This document shows, one piece after another, positions 8,978-16,978 of a stretch of 36,855 nt of DNA. A program made the translations under genes and the position numbers. This stretch comes from a virus (Duplodnaviria > Caudoviricetes), in IMG/VR virus record IMGVR_UViG_3300037461_000269, positions 1 to 36,855 of that record; one strand, given 5' to 3'. How positions within the stretch are numbered: the stretch's first letter is position 1; each line of letters starts with the position of its first letter. Below the pieces are notes generated by a model, which searched no databases, was not told where the DNA came from, and saw only the letters and a list, made by a program, of their open reading frames with translations.

Positions 8978-9156
8978 TGAAAGACAACCCGAAATATAAA
9001 GAGTGTTGTATCTGTAAAAAAAACGCATGGCATGAGAGATATTCAACGATCGGGAAAAAACATCTATGTGAAAAATGCATGAGGGTGTTTGTCGATAATT
9101 ATGAATTAGAAGACTTGCTAATAAAACACGGCAGGGTGAGGGCGGGGACAAAATGA
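8977..9156 (+). CDS. Small zinc-finger protein (59 aa, not in ORF track)
   Basis: MKDNPKYKECCICKK...HLCEKC; TAATG and ATGA overlaps; GAGG RBS. Confidence 0.65.
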   Translation: MKDNPKYKECCICKKNAWHERYSTIGKKHLCEKCMRVFVDNYELEDLLIKHGRVRAGTK

Positions 9157-9410
9157 TCTGTCAAGTTTGCAATCACGCCGAGGCAACACAACGGCATCAT
9201 AAATTCCCGCAGTACCGACGGCATAGAAAACACTACGGGAAAATACTGGACGAGCCGTTTAATATCCTTTATGTTTGCGTTGACTGTCATGTGTCTCACG
9301 GTAGAATCCCGATTGAATTTATTTGGAGTGAGTTTATTTTCAGGGCAATGGCGACGGCGCAGGGATATGTTTTACCGGGGCCGATGAAAAGTTTCAAGGA
9401 GGGCATATGA
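9153..9410 (+). CDS. Small HNH-like protein
   Basis: CQVC...QRHH...NILYVCVDCH. Confidence 0.7.
   Translation: MICQVCNHAEATQRHHKFPQYRRHRKHYGKILDEPFNILYVCVDCHVSHGRIPIEFIWSEFIFRAMATAQGYVLPGPMKSFKEGI
9352..9389 (+). repeat. 38-bp perfect direct repeat, copy 1
   Basis: cgacggcgcagggatatgttttaccggggccgatgaaa, identical to 10459-10496. Confidence 0.95.
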
Positions 9411-9592
9411 CGGTAAATGAATTTATTAAAAAATTACAAAGCTATAATAAAGGTATAAGAAAAAAGCATATCCAGATACAAGCACCGAATGGAATTTTAA
9501 TGAACCCTGAAATTAAATTAGTGCTTAAAAATAAATATGACGCATTAAATCATGGCAAAGATAATATTGAGTATTTAATAATAACGAGTTAG
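9407..9592 (+). CDS. Hypothetical protein
   Basis: AGGAGG RBS, ATGA overlap, MTVNEFIKKLQ phage-type N-terminus. Confidence 0.7.
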   Translation: MTVNEFIKKLQSYNKGIRKKHIQIQAPNGILMNPEIKLVLKNKYDALNHGKDNIEYLIITS

Positions 9593-9603
9593 GAGGGTGG
9601 GGA

Positions 9604-9810
9604 ATGAGCGGATATTGTTCAGATTGCGGGAATCAACATTGCATAAGCTCGGAAATGGCATTGCATGATATAGAGCAAATCGAAGATGCAATAAGGTTTG
9701 AGCAGGATTTAATTGACAAGCAAATATATAAAACAGAGCAAAAAATTAAGGCATATAAAGATAGGATAGAAGAATTGAAAAAGATTGCATTCAAGGAAGG
9801 CGGGGAATGA
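9604..9810 (+). CDS. Hypothetical protein (CxxC plus coiled coil)
   Basis: AGGAGG RBS; CSDC motif. Confidence 0.7.
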   Translation: MSGYCSDCGNQHCISSEMALHDIEQIEDAIRFEQDLIDKQIYKTEQKIKAYKDRIEELKKIAFKEGGE

Positions 9811-9954
9811 AATGAGTATATCAGGATTAATATTAGCGCAGAGGCAGAGGAAATGTTTTTAGAAAGTACAAAAAATGTTTCAATGGGGCATGAGTGGATT
9901 TCGACATTGAGGAAAAAATATCTTAAGGCAGTCGAGGAGGCAAAATTAACATGA
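9807..9954 (+). pseudogene. Probable frameshifted small gene (M-NEYIRINISAEAEEMFL...EEAKLT)
   Basis: RBS plus ATG at 9807 reads ATG AAA TGA; removing one A gives a 48-aa ORF ending in an ATGA overlap with the next gene. Confidence 0.4.
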
Positions 9955-10262
9955 TCTGTGAAAGATTTGATTGTTATTATTATAATCCATCTATGGAAAT
10001 GAATTGTTGTCTCGGAATATCTGGCAGTGATGCCTTCATGTGTTTGTCGAGAGATTATAGGAAATTTATGAAGAATGATATCCCGAATGATATTTTCTGC
10101 GATCCCAAGAATGGGCGGGATCGAAATTGTCTTGAGTGGTTGGTGTTTTATTGTCTATGCCGGACTGATCCGCCGATTTCAATCGGCCGCGGTCGGGAGC
10201 TTTTGGGATTTAAGGATATGCAGGAAATGCGCGACTGGATGGAAATAATGAGTACGCCATGA
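9951..10262 (+). CDS. Cys-rich hypothetical protein
   Basis: GAGGAGG RBS; C-terminal ISIGRGRELLG resembles a short HTH. Confidence 0.7.
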   Translation: MICERFDCYYYNPSMEMNCCLGISGSDAFMCLSRDYRKFMKNDIPNDIFCDPKNGRDRNCLEWLVFYCLCRTDPPISIGRGRELLGFKDMQEMRDWMEIMSTP

Positions 10263-10504
10263 GTAGTAATGTAAAATATCAAAGAATTTATTGTCCTCAA
10301 TGCGGAACAATTTTATCCGGAAGGATTATAAGTCGTCAAGCGTACCCCTTTGACGTTTATGATGCCTATTGTCCAGATTGTGATTATTATGTAACAGAAA
10401 GTGAATGGGGAACAGTTGAAGAGTACAAAAAAATGCTTGATGATAAAGCCGCACAGGACGACGGCGCAGGGATATGTTTTACCGGGGCCGATGAAATCAT
10501 TTAA
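10259..10504 (+). CDS. Small zinc-ribbon protein
   Basis: CPQC...CPDC; its C-terminus runs through repeat copy 2. Confidence 0.7.
   Translation: MSSNVKYQRIYCPQCGTILSGRIISRQAYPFDVYDAYCPDCDYYVTESEWGTVEEYKKMLDDKAAQDDGAGICFTGADEII
10459..10496 (+). repeat. 38-bp perfect direct repeat, copy 2
   Basis: Identical to 9352-9389. Confidence 0.95.
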
Positions 10505-10693
10505 GGAAGTTAAGTGATATAGAATGGCAATGAAAGAGAAAGCGTATGTCAAAATGCCCGACCATCTACGGGAAACACGGCCAGGCGGAAACCATGTGAC
10601 GATGACAGAATCCTGGTGGGCCCCGATGCCCTTAAAATCACAGATGGATTGCCATTCTATTTCGCTCAACAATTTTTGCAAGGAGGGCTGGGA

Positions 10694-10930
10694 ATGACAG
10701 TCGGTGAAATTATTAAAAAATATCTCGATGATAATGGTTATGACGGATTATGCGGAGATGAGTGTGGTTGCTCTAAAGACAACCTATTTCCCTGTGGTAT
10801 GGCTTCATTGGATTGCGTACCGGGGTATAAATGTGAATGTAACCATGAATGTAAAAATGAATATTCTGATTGTTTTAGCACAACGAAAAAATGTTGGCTG
10901 ATCAAGGAGGGCGGGGAGTGGATTAAATGA
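10694..10930 (+). CDS. Cys-rich hypothetical phage protein
   Basis: MTVGEIIKKYLDDNGYDGLCGDECGC...; AGGAGG RBS before ATG 10694. Confidence 0.75.
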   Translation: MTVGEIIKKYLDDNGYDGLCGDECGCSKDNLFPCGMASLDCVPGYKCECNHECKNEYSDCFSTTKKCWLIKEGGEWIK

Positions 10931-10968
10931 AACAAAATAAAGTATATTTCCGGCTTTCGCTTACCCGC

Positions 10969-11240
10969 TGTTAGGCGTAGTATTTTTGGCGATCACAGTA
11001 GGAGGTTCTTATGTATGATTATTCCAAAGGCGAAAATTTAGCAAGCGATATTATTACGGACAAGATACGAGTGTCAACGGCTATGTTCCCCGGCGATCAC
11101 GGAAATGGGTTTGAGACGTGGATTTTTAGCGATGACGCTCGGCAAAATTCAGTCCAAATATGGCACAGGACAAAACAAGCGGCATTAAAGGTTCATAGAT
11201 ATGTTACACAGAATATGCGCCAAAAATATTGCGCCTAACA
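10969..11240 (+). mobile_element. Integron gene-cassette-like unit (core site GTTAGGC, ORF, inverse core GCCTAAC)
   Basis: 20-bp inverted repeats 10969-10988 / 11221-11240 (18/20); GTTRRRY at 10970-10976; ORF stop codon inside RYYYAAC at 11233-11239. Confidence 0.6.
11011..11238 (+). CDS. Hypothetical protein (cassette ORF)
   Basis: AGGAGGT RBS; VSTAMFP...FETWIFS motif. Confidence 0.8.
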   Translation: MYDYSKGENLASDIITDKIRVSTAMFPGDHGNGFETWIFSDDARQNSVQIWHRTKQAALKVHRYVTQNMRQKYCA

Positions 11241-11268
11241 ACTCTTATACGACAAAGGAGGGCGGGGA

Positions 11269-11415
11269 ATGATTAAAGAAGGCGAATTGAGATTGACACG
11301 CGGCGGGCGACTTGTGACTATAAGCGACTGGAAGGTTGTTTTATTCGCGGCGATTGCGGGGATAATTATCGTTTCGTTTTTTGTGGGAGTTGTTACTCTG
11401 GTATCATATATTTGA
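11269..11415 (+). CDS. Small membrane protein (48 aa, not in ORF track)
   Basis: AGGAGG RBS; hydrophobic VVLFAAIAGIIIVSFFVGVVTLVSYI. Confidence 0.6.
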   Translation: MIKEGELRLTRGGRLVTISDWKVVLFAAIAGIIIVSFFVGVVTLVSYI

Positions 11416-11431
11416 TTTATAGGTGGTGGCC

Positions 11432-12658
11432 ATGAAAAAGAAAAAAGTATTATTTCTCGGCGGGTCTGCTTTTCAGGTATTCCCGATTATGTACGCAAAG
11501 GGAAAATATAAAACGATTCTGTGTGACTGGGGGCATTGCCCAGGTGAAAAAATTGCAGATGTATTTTATAAAGTCAGCACGACGGATGTAAAAGCGTTAA
11601 TCAAGGTATGCGATAAAGAAAAGCCGGACGCCATTGTTTGCTATGCGTCCGACCCGGCGGCCCTTCCAGCGGCGATACTATGCGAAAAATACGGACTGCC
11701 GACGAATCCCGTTTCGGCGGTCGAGATCCTTTCGGATAAAAATAAATTTCGGTCGTTTTTGAGAGATAATAATTTTCATACGCCGCGCCATGCTGAAATT
11801 GAAAAAATAGACTATAATTATGTGTTTATCAATGATGTTAAATCTAAAGATTTTATTTTTCCGGTTGTCGTCAAGCCTTCCGATTCATCCGGGAGCCGGG
11901 GCGTAACGGTTGTAAAAAATGAAAAGGATATTTTTGACGCGCTTGTTTTTGCTGAAAAATATTCCCGAAACGGAAAATTTATCATCGAGGAATATGTCGA
12001 GAAAAAGGGCCCGCAGATAGCCGGGGACGGATTCGTAATTGACGGGAAACTGGTTTTTCGATGTTTTATGAATGAACATTTTGACGAAGGGTCACTCGTG
12101 CCGATAGGAGAGTCATATCCCTGTTTACATAGTGAGAAAATCCAAAAAAAAGTACATAACGAAATTCAGCGGCTTTTTGTTTTGCTCGGCATTAAACATG
12201 GTGCGTTTAATTTTGATGTTCGCATCGATAAAAAAGATAATGTTATTCTCATGGAAATCGGGCCGCGAAATGGTGGAAATCTTATTTCTAATGCGATTAA
12301 ATATATTACAGGAATTGATTTAATAGCCGCGACAGTTGAGGCCGCATTTGGCAATTATAAAGATGTATATCAGATTTTGCCGAATTTACCGGAACACGTT
12401 AAGTGGGGCGGATATTTTTCAACATTTATAATTCACGGGTATAAAAGCGGAAAATATAAAAATACATGGATGTCCTTGCCGCCTATTATTTCAAAAATAA
12501 ATAATCTTGTATTTATGAAAAAATTTGGCGACCATATTGAACGCTTCACCGGTTCCGATAATACGATTGGTGCATTCGTCGCGAATTTCCCGACTATGGA
12601 AAAAATGCTTGATTTTATGAATGATTCTGATAAATACATTAGAGTAGAGGTCGAATGA
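11432..12658 (+). CDS. ATP-grasp domain protein (sugar-nucleotide cluster type)
   Basis: LFLGG, DKNKFRSFL, FPVVVKPSDSSGSRGV, IIEEYV, MEIGPRNGGN. Confidence 0.92.
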   Translation: MKKKKVLFLGGSAFQVFPIMYAKGKYKTILCDWGHCPGEKIADVFYKVSTTDVKALIKVCDKEKPDAIVCYASDPAALPAAILCEKYGLPTNPVSAVEILSDKNKFRSFLRDNNFHTPRHAEIEKIDYNYVFINDVKSKDFIFPVVVKPSDSSGSRGVTVVKNEKDIFDALVFAEKYSRNGKFIIEEYVEKKGPQIAGDGFVIDGKLVFRCFMNEHFDEGSLVPIGESYPCLHSEKIQKKVHNEIQRLFVLLGIKHGAFNFDVRIDKKDNVILMEIGPRNGGNLISNAIKYITGIDLIAATVEAAFGNYKDVYQILPNLPEHVKWGGYFSTFIIHGYKSGKYKNTWMSLPPIISKINNLVFMKKFGDHIERFTGSDNTIGAFVANFPTMEKMLDFMNDSDKYIRVEVE

Positions 12659-13359
12659 ATTTCGGAATATATACATCGGGGAACGCGACAAGAATTCGAT
12701 CGCTTTTATCAAATATTGAGAATTCATCCTGGACCGTTTTCCCGGTCTTTCCAAAAATTTTAAACGGAATAAAAGCGATAGTTTACGACGGTAAAAATAC
12801 AGAGGTATGTTCGGAACTTGAAAAGCATATCCCGAATACCGTCTTGATTGATTATACCGATATACCGAAGGAATTGAAAAATAAATATTTATCCGATGAA
12901 ATCCTGAAAATATCGCATGAAGAAAAAATCGATTACTGGATTGTAAACGGCGGGCGGATCCTTGAGGGCAAATTATTAACAGAATATGAAAACAGAATGA
13001 TAAATTTTCATCCAGGATTATTGCCCGCATATGCCGGACCGCTTGCGATTACAAGGGCAAGGCAGGACGGTGCGGTTTTATCCGGAATAACTGCTCATTT
13101 TATAGATGCCGGAATGGACACGGGGCCGATCATTTTGCAGGGCGTTGCCCCGATTCGGGGAATGACGGACGATCAGATTTTAAATTCTCAGATGTCGGCT
13201 ATGCTTCAAGTTTTTGTCTGGTTGATTGACAATCGAATTTCAGTAAATGGCCGGATCGTCACCGTTAAAGATGCGGAATTTCCGGCGGGATTTTACTATC
13301 CGAATCTTGATTTTTTTCGGGGTTTTTCTGAACCGAAAGACGGGGAAAAAATACAATGA
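12655..13359 (+). CDS. Formyltransferase (PurN/Formyl_trans_N fold; likely sugar N-formyltransferase)
   Basis: SGNAT, INFHPGLLPAYAG, GITAHFIDAGMDTGPII. Confidence 0.88.
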   Translation: MNFGIYTSGNATRIRSLLSNIENSSWTVFPVFPKILNGIKAIVYDGKNTEVCSELEKHIPNTVLIDYTDIPKELKNKYLSDEILKISHEEKIDYWIVNGGRILEGKLLTEYENRMINFHPGLLPAYAGPLAITRARQDGAVLSGITAHFIDAGMDTGPIILQGVAPIRGMTDDQILNSQMSAMLQVFVWLIDNRISVNGRIVTVKDAEFPAGFYYPNLDFFRGFSEPKDGEKIQ

Positions 13360-14429
13360 CCATTCAATTAACACGGCCGATACTGCCGCCGCTTGAGGAA
13401 ATTATGGCGGAACTGTCCCCATCCTGGGAATCGGGTCGGATTTCAAATTTCGGTCCGAAACATTTTGAACTTGAGGAAAAATTAAAAGATCGTCTCGGGG
13501 TTGAATATGTATCGTTATTCAATAACGGGACGACGGCCCTGATTTCAGCGATTCAGGCGTTGCGACTTTCGGGTGAGGTTATCGTCTCGCCGTTTACGTT
13601 CCCGGCGACGATTCACGCCCTTGAATGGAATGGCATAACCCCTGTTTTTTGTGATATTAAAGAATCGAATATGACAATTGACCCGCTGAAAATTCCGGAA
13701 TTGATTACATCAAAAACGACCGGAATAATCGGGGTTCATGTTTTCGGAAATACTTGTGATCATATTGAAATTGACAAAATCGCCAGGGAATACGGATTGA
13801 AGGTTATATATGACGCGGCCCATGCGTTCGATCGGAAGGGGATCGGAAACGTCGGGGATGTTTCAATGTTTTCATTTCATCCGACTAAATTGTTTCATAC
13901 GGGCGAGGGGGGGGCTTTAACATTCAAGGATCCCGATTTATATAAACGACTTTATTATTCCAAAAATTTCGGCATAAAATCCGAAACGGAAATCGTGTCA
14001 GCGGGAATAAACGGCAAAATGTCGGAAATCCAGGCCGCCCTCGGTCTTGTCATATTGCGATATGTTGACGAAGAAATTAACAATCGGAAAAAAATCAGTT
14101 TTATTTATGATGAATTTTTTATGAAAAATTCTGATAATTTTTTGATTTCGTTCGCAAGATCGGCGGGAATGCAATATTATTTAATAAAGTGTTATGATGA
14201 TGGGAAATTTTCAAGGGATTCGATTTATAACAGATTGCGGCAACATGACATTTTTTCACGTAAATATTTTTATCCCTTATGTTCGGATCTTGCTTGTTAT
14301 AGGAATTCACCCAGGGGGGATTTGAGTGTTTCGGAAGATACATCGAAACAGGTCCTTTGTCTCCCGTTTTACGGGGACCTTAAAAAAATGGAGGTTGAGC
14401 AAATATGCGACATTTTATTAAATGCTTAA
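13356..14429 (+). CDS. DegT/DnrJ/EryC1/StrS aminotransferase (VioA-like NDP-4-keto-6-deoxysugar transaminase)
   Basis: NNGTTAL, PFTFPAT, VIYDAAHAF, FSFHPTKLFHTGEGG (PLP lysine), GINGKMSEIQAALGL, RKYFYP. Confidence 0.95.
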   Translation: MTIQLTRPILPPLEEIMAELSPSWESGRISNFGPKHFELEEKLKDRLGVEYVSLFNNGTTALISAIQALRLSGEVIVSPFTFPATIHALEWNGITPVFCDIKESNMTIDPLKIPELITSKTTGIIGVHVFGNTCDHIEIDKIAREYGLKVIYDAAHAFDRKGIGNVGDVSMFSFHPTKLFHTGEGGALTFKDPDLYKRLYYSKNFGIKSETEIVSAGINGKMSEIQAALGLVILRYVDEEINNRKKISFIYDEFFMKNSDNFLISFARSAGMQYYLIKCYDDGKFSRDSIYNRLRQHDIFSRKYFYPLCSDLACYRNSPRGDLSVSEDTSKQVLCLPFYGDLKKMEVEQICDILLNA

Positions 14430-14971
14430 CAATTATTATTATCGTTTTATGCGGATGCGGGATCGCATTTAGAGAAAAGGCGGGGCCGTCGCCGTCGATC
14501 TGCTGGGTCGGGGATAGTCGGATCGAATGGTTTCAAAACGAAAAATATTTCAATAATCATCAATGGAATATCGGATTGCGGGGGATGACGTCGGAAATGA
14601 TGATCTCCGAAATATTTGAAATTAAGTTATTGAATCCCGATATAACGATTATTTCAATTGGCATAAATGACGAGGTATTGTATAATTATTCTGGATTCAT
14701 CGGGCGTCTTGATTTTATGATTTCTGAATTGTCCCCATTTACTCGGTTGATTATAACAAACATCGTTCCGAATGTATACTATAATGAAACCCGGCAAATA
14801 ATGAATAATAATTTAAACGCATTATGTATGGCCAGGGGCGTTCAATTTGTCGATTTGGTCGGGATGGAATTGACCGACGGTGTCCTGAATGATATTTACA
14901 CTTATGACGGATGTCATTATAACGAGGCCGGACAAGCAGAATTTGCGGCATTGATTAAAGCGGCTTTATGA
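14405..14971 (+). CDS. SGNH/GDSL hydrolase with lipoprotein-like signal peptide
   Basis: GDS, GLRG, GIND and DGCH blocks; N-terminal MRHFIKCLTIIIIVLCGC. Confidence 0.85.
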   Translation: MRHFIKCLTIIIIVLCGCGIAFREKAGPSPSICWVGDSRIEWFQNEKYFNNHQWNIGLRGMTSEMMISEIFEIKLLNPDITIISIGINDEVLYNYSGFIGRLDFMISELSPFTRLIITNIVPNVYYNETRQIMNNNLNALCMARGVQFVDLVGMELTDGVLNDIYTYDGCHYNEAGQAEFAALIKAAL

Positions 14972-15061
14972 TTGATCTTAAATCCCCTTCGGTGAAGATA
15001 AAAAATCGGCAGGCAATAGTAAACGCGGTTCAGTATGAAAATAAAATCAGGGAGTTAATCG

Positions 15062-15274
15062 ATGTTGAAACGACTTCGGAATATTCCATTAGGAACGGCT
15101 TTAATCAGAAAAAGTAATAATGAGCATTGTCCTTTTCGTGGGGAGATGAAGATCAATAATTCAAATTATTTCTGTTTTGACGGATTTATAGTAAATAAAG
15201 ATATCATGTCAAGATTTTTCAAGGTCGTTGACGAAGGTGATTTCGGGATATATTATGTCGTAAAGGATGATTAA
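15062..15274 (+). CDS. Hypothetical protein
   Basis: GGGAG RBS, 70 aa. Confidence 0.55.
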   Translation: MLKRLRNIPLGTALIRKSNNEHCPFRGEMKINNSNYFCFDGFIVNKDIMSRFFKVVDEGDFGIYYVVKDD

Positions 15275-15277
15275 GAC

Positions 15278-15306
15278 TTGACAAAAATTATGAATGTGTA
15301 TATTAT
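15278..15306 (+). promoter_or_regulatory. sigma70-type promoter for the packaging operon
   Basis: TTGACA, 17 nt spacer, TATTAT, then GGAG RBS and terS ATG. Confidence 0.8.
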
Positions 15307-15326
15307 TTGATAATGGAGCTTTTTAA

Positions 15327-15749
15327 ATGACAAATCCAGTAGGGCGACCGCTTAAATACCAGACGGCAGATGAATTACAAGCGGCCATTGATGAATATTT
15401 CGAGATATGCAAGCCTGATTTTTTAAAGGACGCGAAGGGAGACCCCTTCCTGGATAAATTCGGTAAACCTGTTATAGTTTTAAATCCGCCTACTATTTCC
15501 GGACTTGCTTTATTTTTGGGATTTGTTAATCGTCAATCAATGTATGATTACGAAGATCGAGGTGAATTTTCTTGCACTATAAAGACGGCACGAACTAGAT
15601 GCGAAAACTGGGTTGAAAATGCAGGACTATCTGGGAATACTCCGCCTGCTATGGCAATATTCGCGCTTAAAAATTACGGATGGAAAGATAAAACGGAAAC
15701 CGAGTTGACCGGAAATCAAAATATAAATGTTAATATCGTGCGGAAGTAA
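15327..15749 (+). CDS. terS: Terminase small subunit (gp3-type DNA packaging protein)
   Basis: GRPLKY...IDEYFE...PTISGLALFLGF...AIFALKNYGWKDK; directly upstream of terL. Confidence 0.88.
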   Translation: MTNPVGRPLKYQTADELQAAIDEYFEICKPDFLKDAKGDPFLDKFGKPVIVLNPPTISGLALFLGFVNRQSMYDYEDRGEFSCTIKTARTRCENWVENAGLSGNTPPAMAIFALKNYGWKDKTETELTGNQNINVNIVRK

Positions 15750-15776
15750 ATTATAGACATAAATTTTGAATACGAA

Positions 15777-16964
15777 TTGCCGCCGAAATTAAAACCGCTT
15801 TACGATGCACGGGAGCGGTTAATTTATTTAGAGGGTGGACGCGGATCGGCTAAGTCCTGGGCGGTTGCTTATACATTGCTTGACAGGGGGCTTGCCGCAC
15901 GATGTCGGATGCTATGCACGAGGGAGATACAGAATACAATCAAGGATTCTGTTCATAAGTTATTATCTGATAGGATTTACGAGCATGGCCTTGATAAATT
16001 TTATGAGATTAAAAATGATTCAATAATCGGCAGGAACGGAACAGAATTTATATTCAAGGGTTTACTGCGGAATATTCAAGACATTAAGAGCATTGAGGGA
16101 ATAGATTATTGCTGGATTGAAGAGGCGCAGTCTGTTAGCCGTCGATCACTGGAAGTTTTAATACCGACAATCCGAAAAGAAAATAGTCAGATATTTTATA
16201 CATACAATCCTGTTAATGATGATGACCCGGTTTATGTCGATAGTCAGAAAACAGACAGAATTGATCAATTAAAAATCATTTCAAATTATTATGACAACCC
16301 GTGGTTTCCCGCGGTTCTTAAAAATGAAATGGAATATGACCGGGCGCACGATTCAGATAAATATTTTCACGTCTGGGAAGGGCATCCGGTAAAGCATAGT
16401 AAGGCTCAGATATTTTTCGGGAAATGGGTAGTTGATGATTTCGATACTCCCAGGGATGCGGATTTTCTTTTTGGGGCTGACTGGGGATTTGCCAACGATC
16501 CAGTCGCGCTTGTGCGGTCGTATATCCAGGGAGGGTGCTTGTTTATAGATCATGAAATCGGCGGGGTAGGGATTGACATAAATGAATACCCTGGATTATT
16601 CGCCGAGATTGAAGAGTCGGATAAATATCCTATTATAGCAGACAGCGCACGTCCGGAAACTATCTCATATGTTAAGAAGCGCGGATTCCCGCTCATGCGT
16701 GCGAGCGTCAAGGGGCCAGGGTCTATTGAAGACGGCATATCGTTTATTCGTTCGTTTGATAAAATAGTTATTCACCCCAGATGCAGAAAAACTATTGACG
16801 AATTCAGGCTATATTGCTACAAAATACACCCATTAACAGGCGACGTGACAAATAAGATTGAAGATAAGCATAATCACTATATAGACGCTTTGAGATATTC
16901 GCTTGAAAAATTTTATTTAAAATCCGGTCGGGAATTGCAAGACCGATTTGGTATTCAACCATAA
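15777..16964 (+). CDS. terL: Terminase large subunit, PBSX family (true start may be ATA at 15753)
   Basis: GGRGSAKS Walker A, WIEEAQ Walker B, YNP coupling motif, GADWGFANDP and DKHNHYIDALRYS nuclease motifs. Confidence 0.96.
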   Translation: MPPKLKPLYDARERLIYLEGGRGSAKSWAVAYTLLDRGLAARCRMLCTREIQNTIKDSVHKLLSDRIYEHGLDKFYEIKNDSIIGRNGTEFIFKGLLRNIQDIKSIEGIDYCWIEEAQSVSRRSLEVLIPTIRKENSQIFYTYNPVNDDDPVYVDSQKTDRIDQLKIISNYYDNPWFPAVLKNEMEYDRAHDSDKYFHVWEGHPVKHSKAQIFFGKWVVDDFDTPRDADFLFGADWGFANDPVALVRSYIQGGCLFIDHEIGGVGIDINEYPGLFAEIEESDKYPIIADSARPETISYVKKRGFPLMRASVKGPGSIEDGISFIRSFDKIVIHPRCRKTIDEFRLYCYKIHPLTGDVTNKIEDKHNHYIDALRYSLEKFYLKSGRELQDRFGIQP

Positions 16965-16978
16965 CAGAGGGGATTGAA

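Noticed and set aside
10524-10697. 57-aa ORF MAMKEKAY...KEGWE after repeat copy 2
   Set aside because: Plausible ATGA coupling but weak RBS and no motif; not supportable as a gene.
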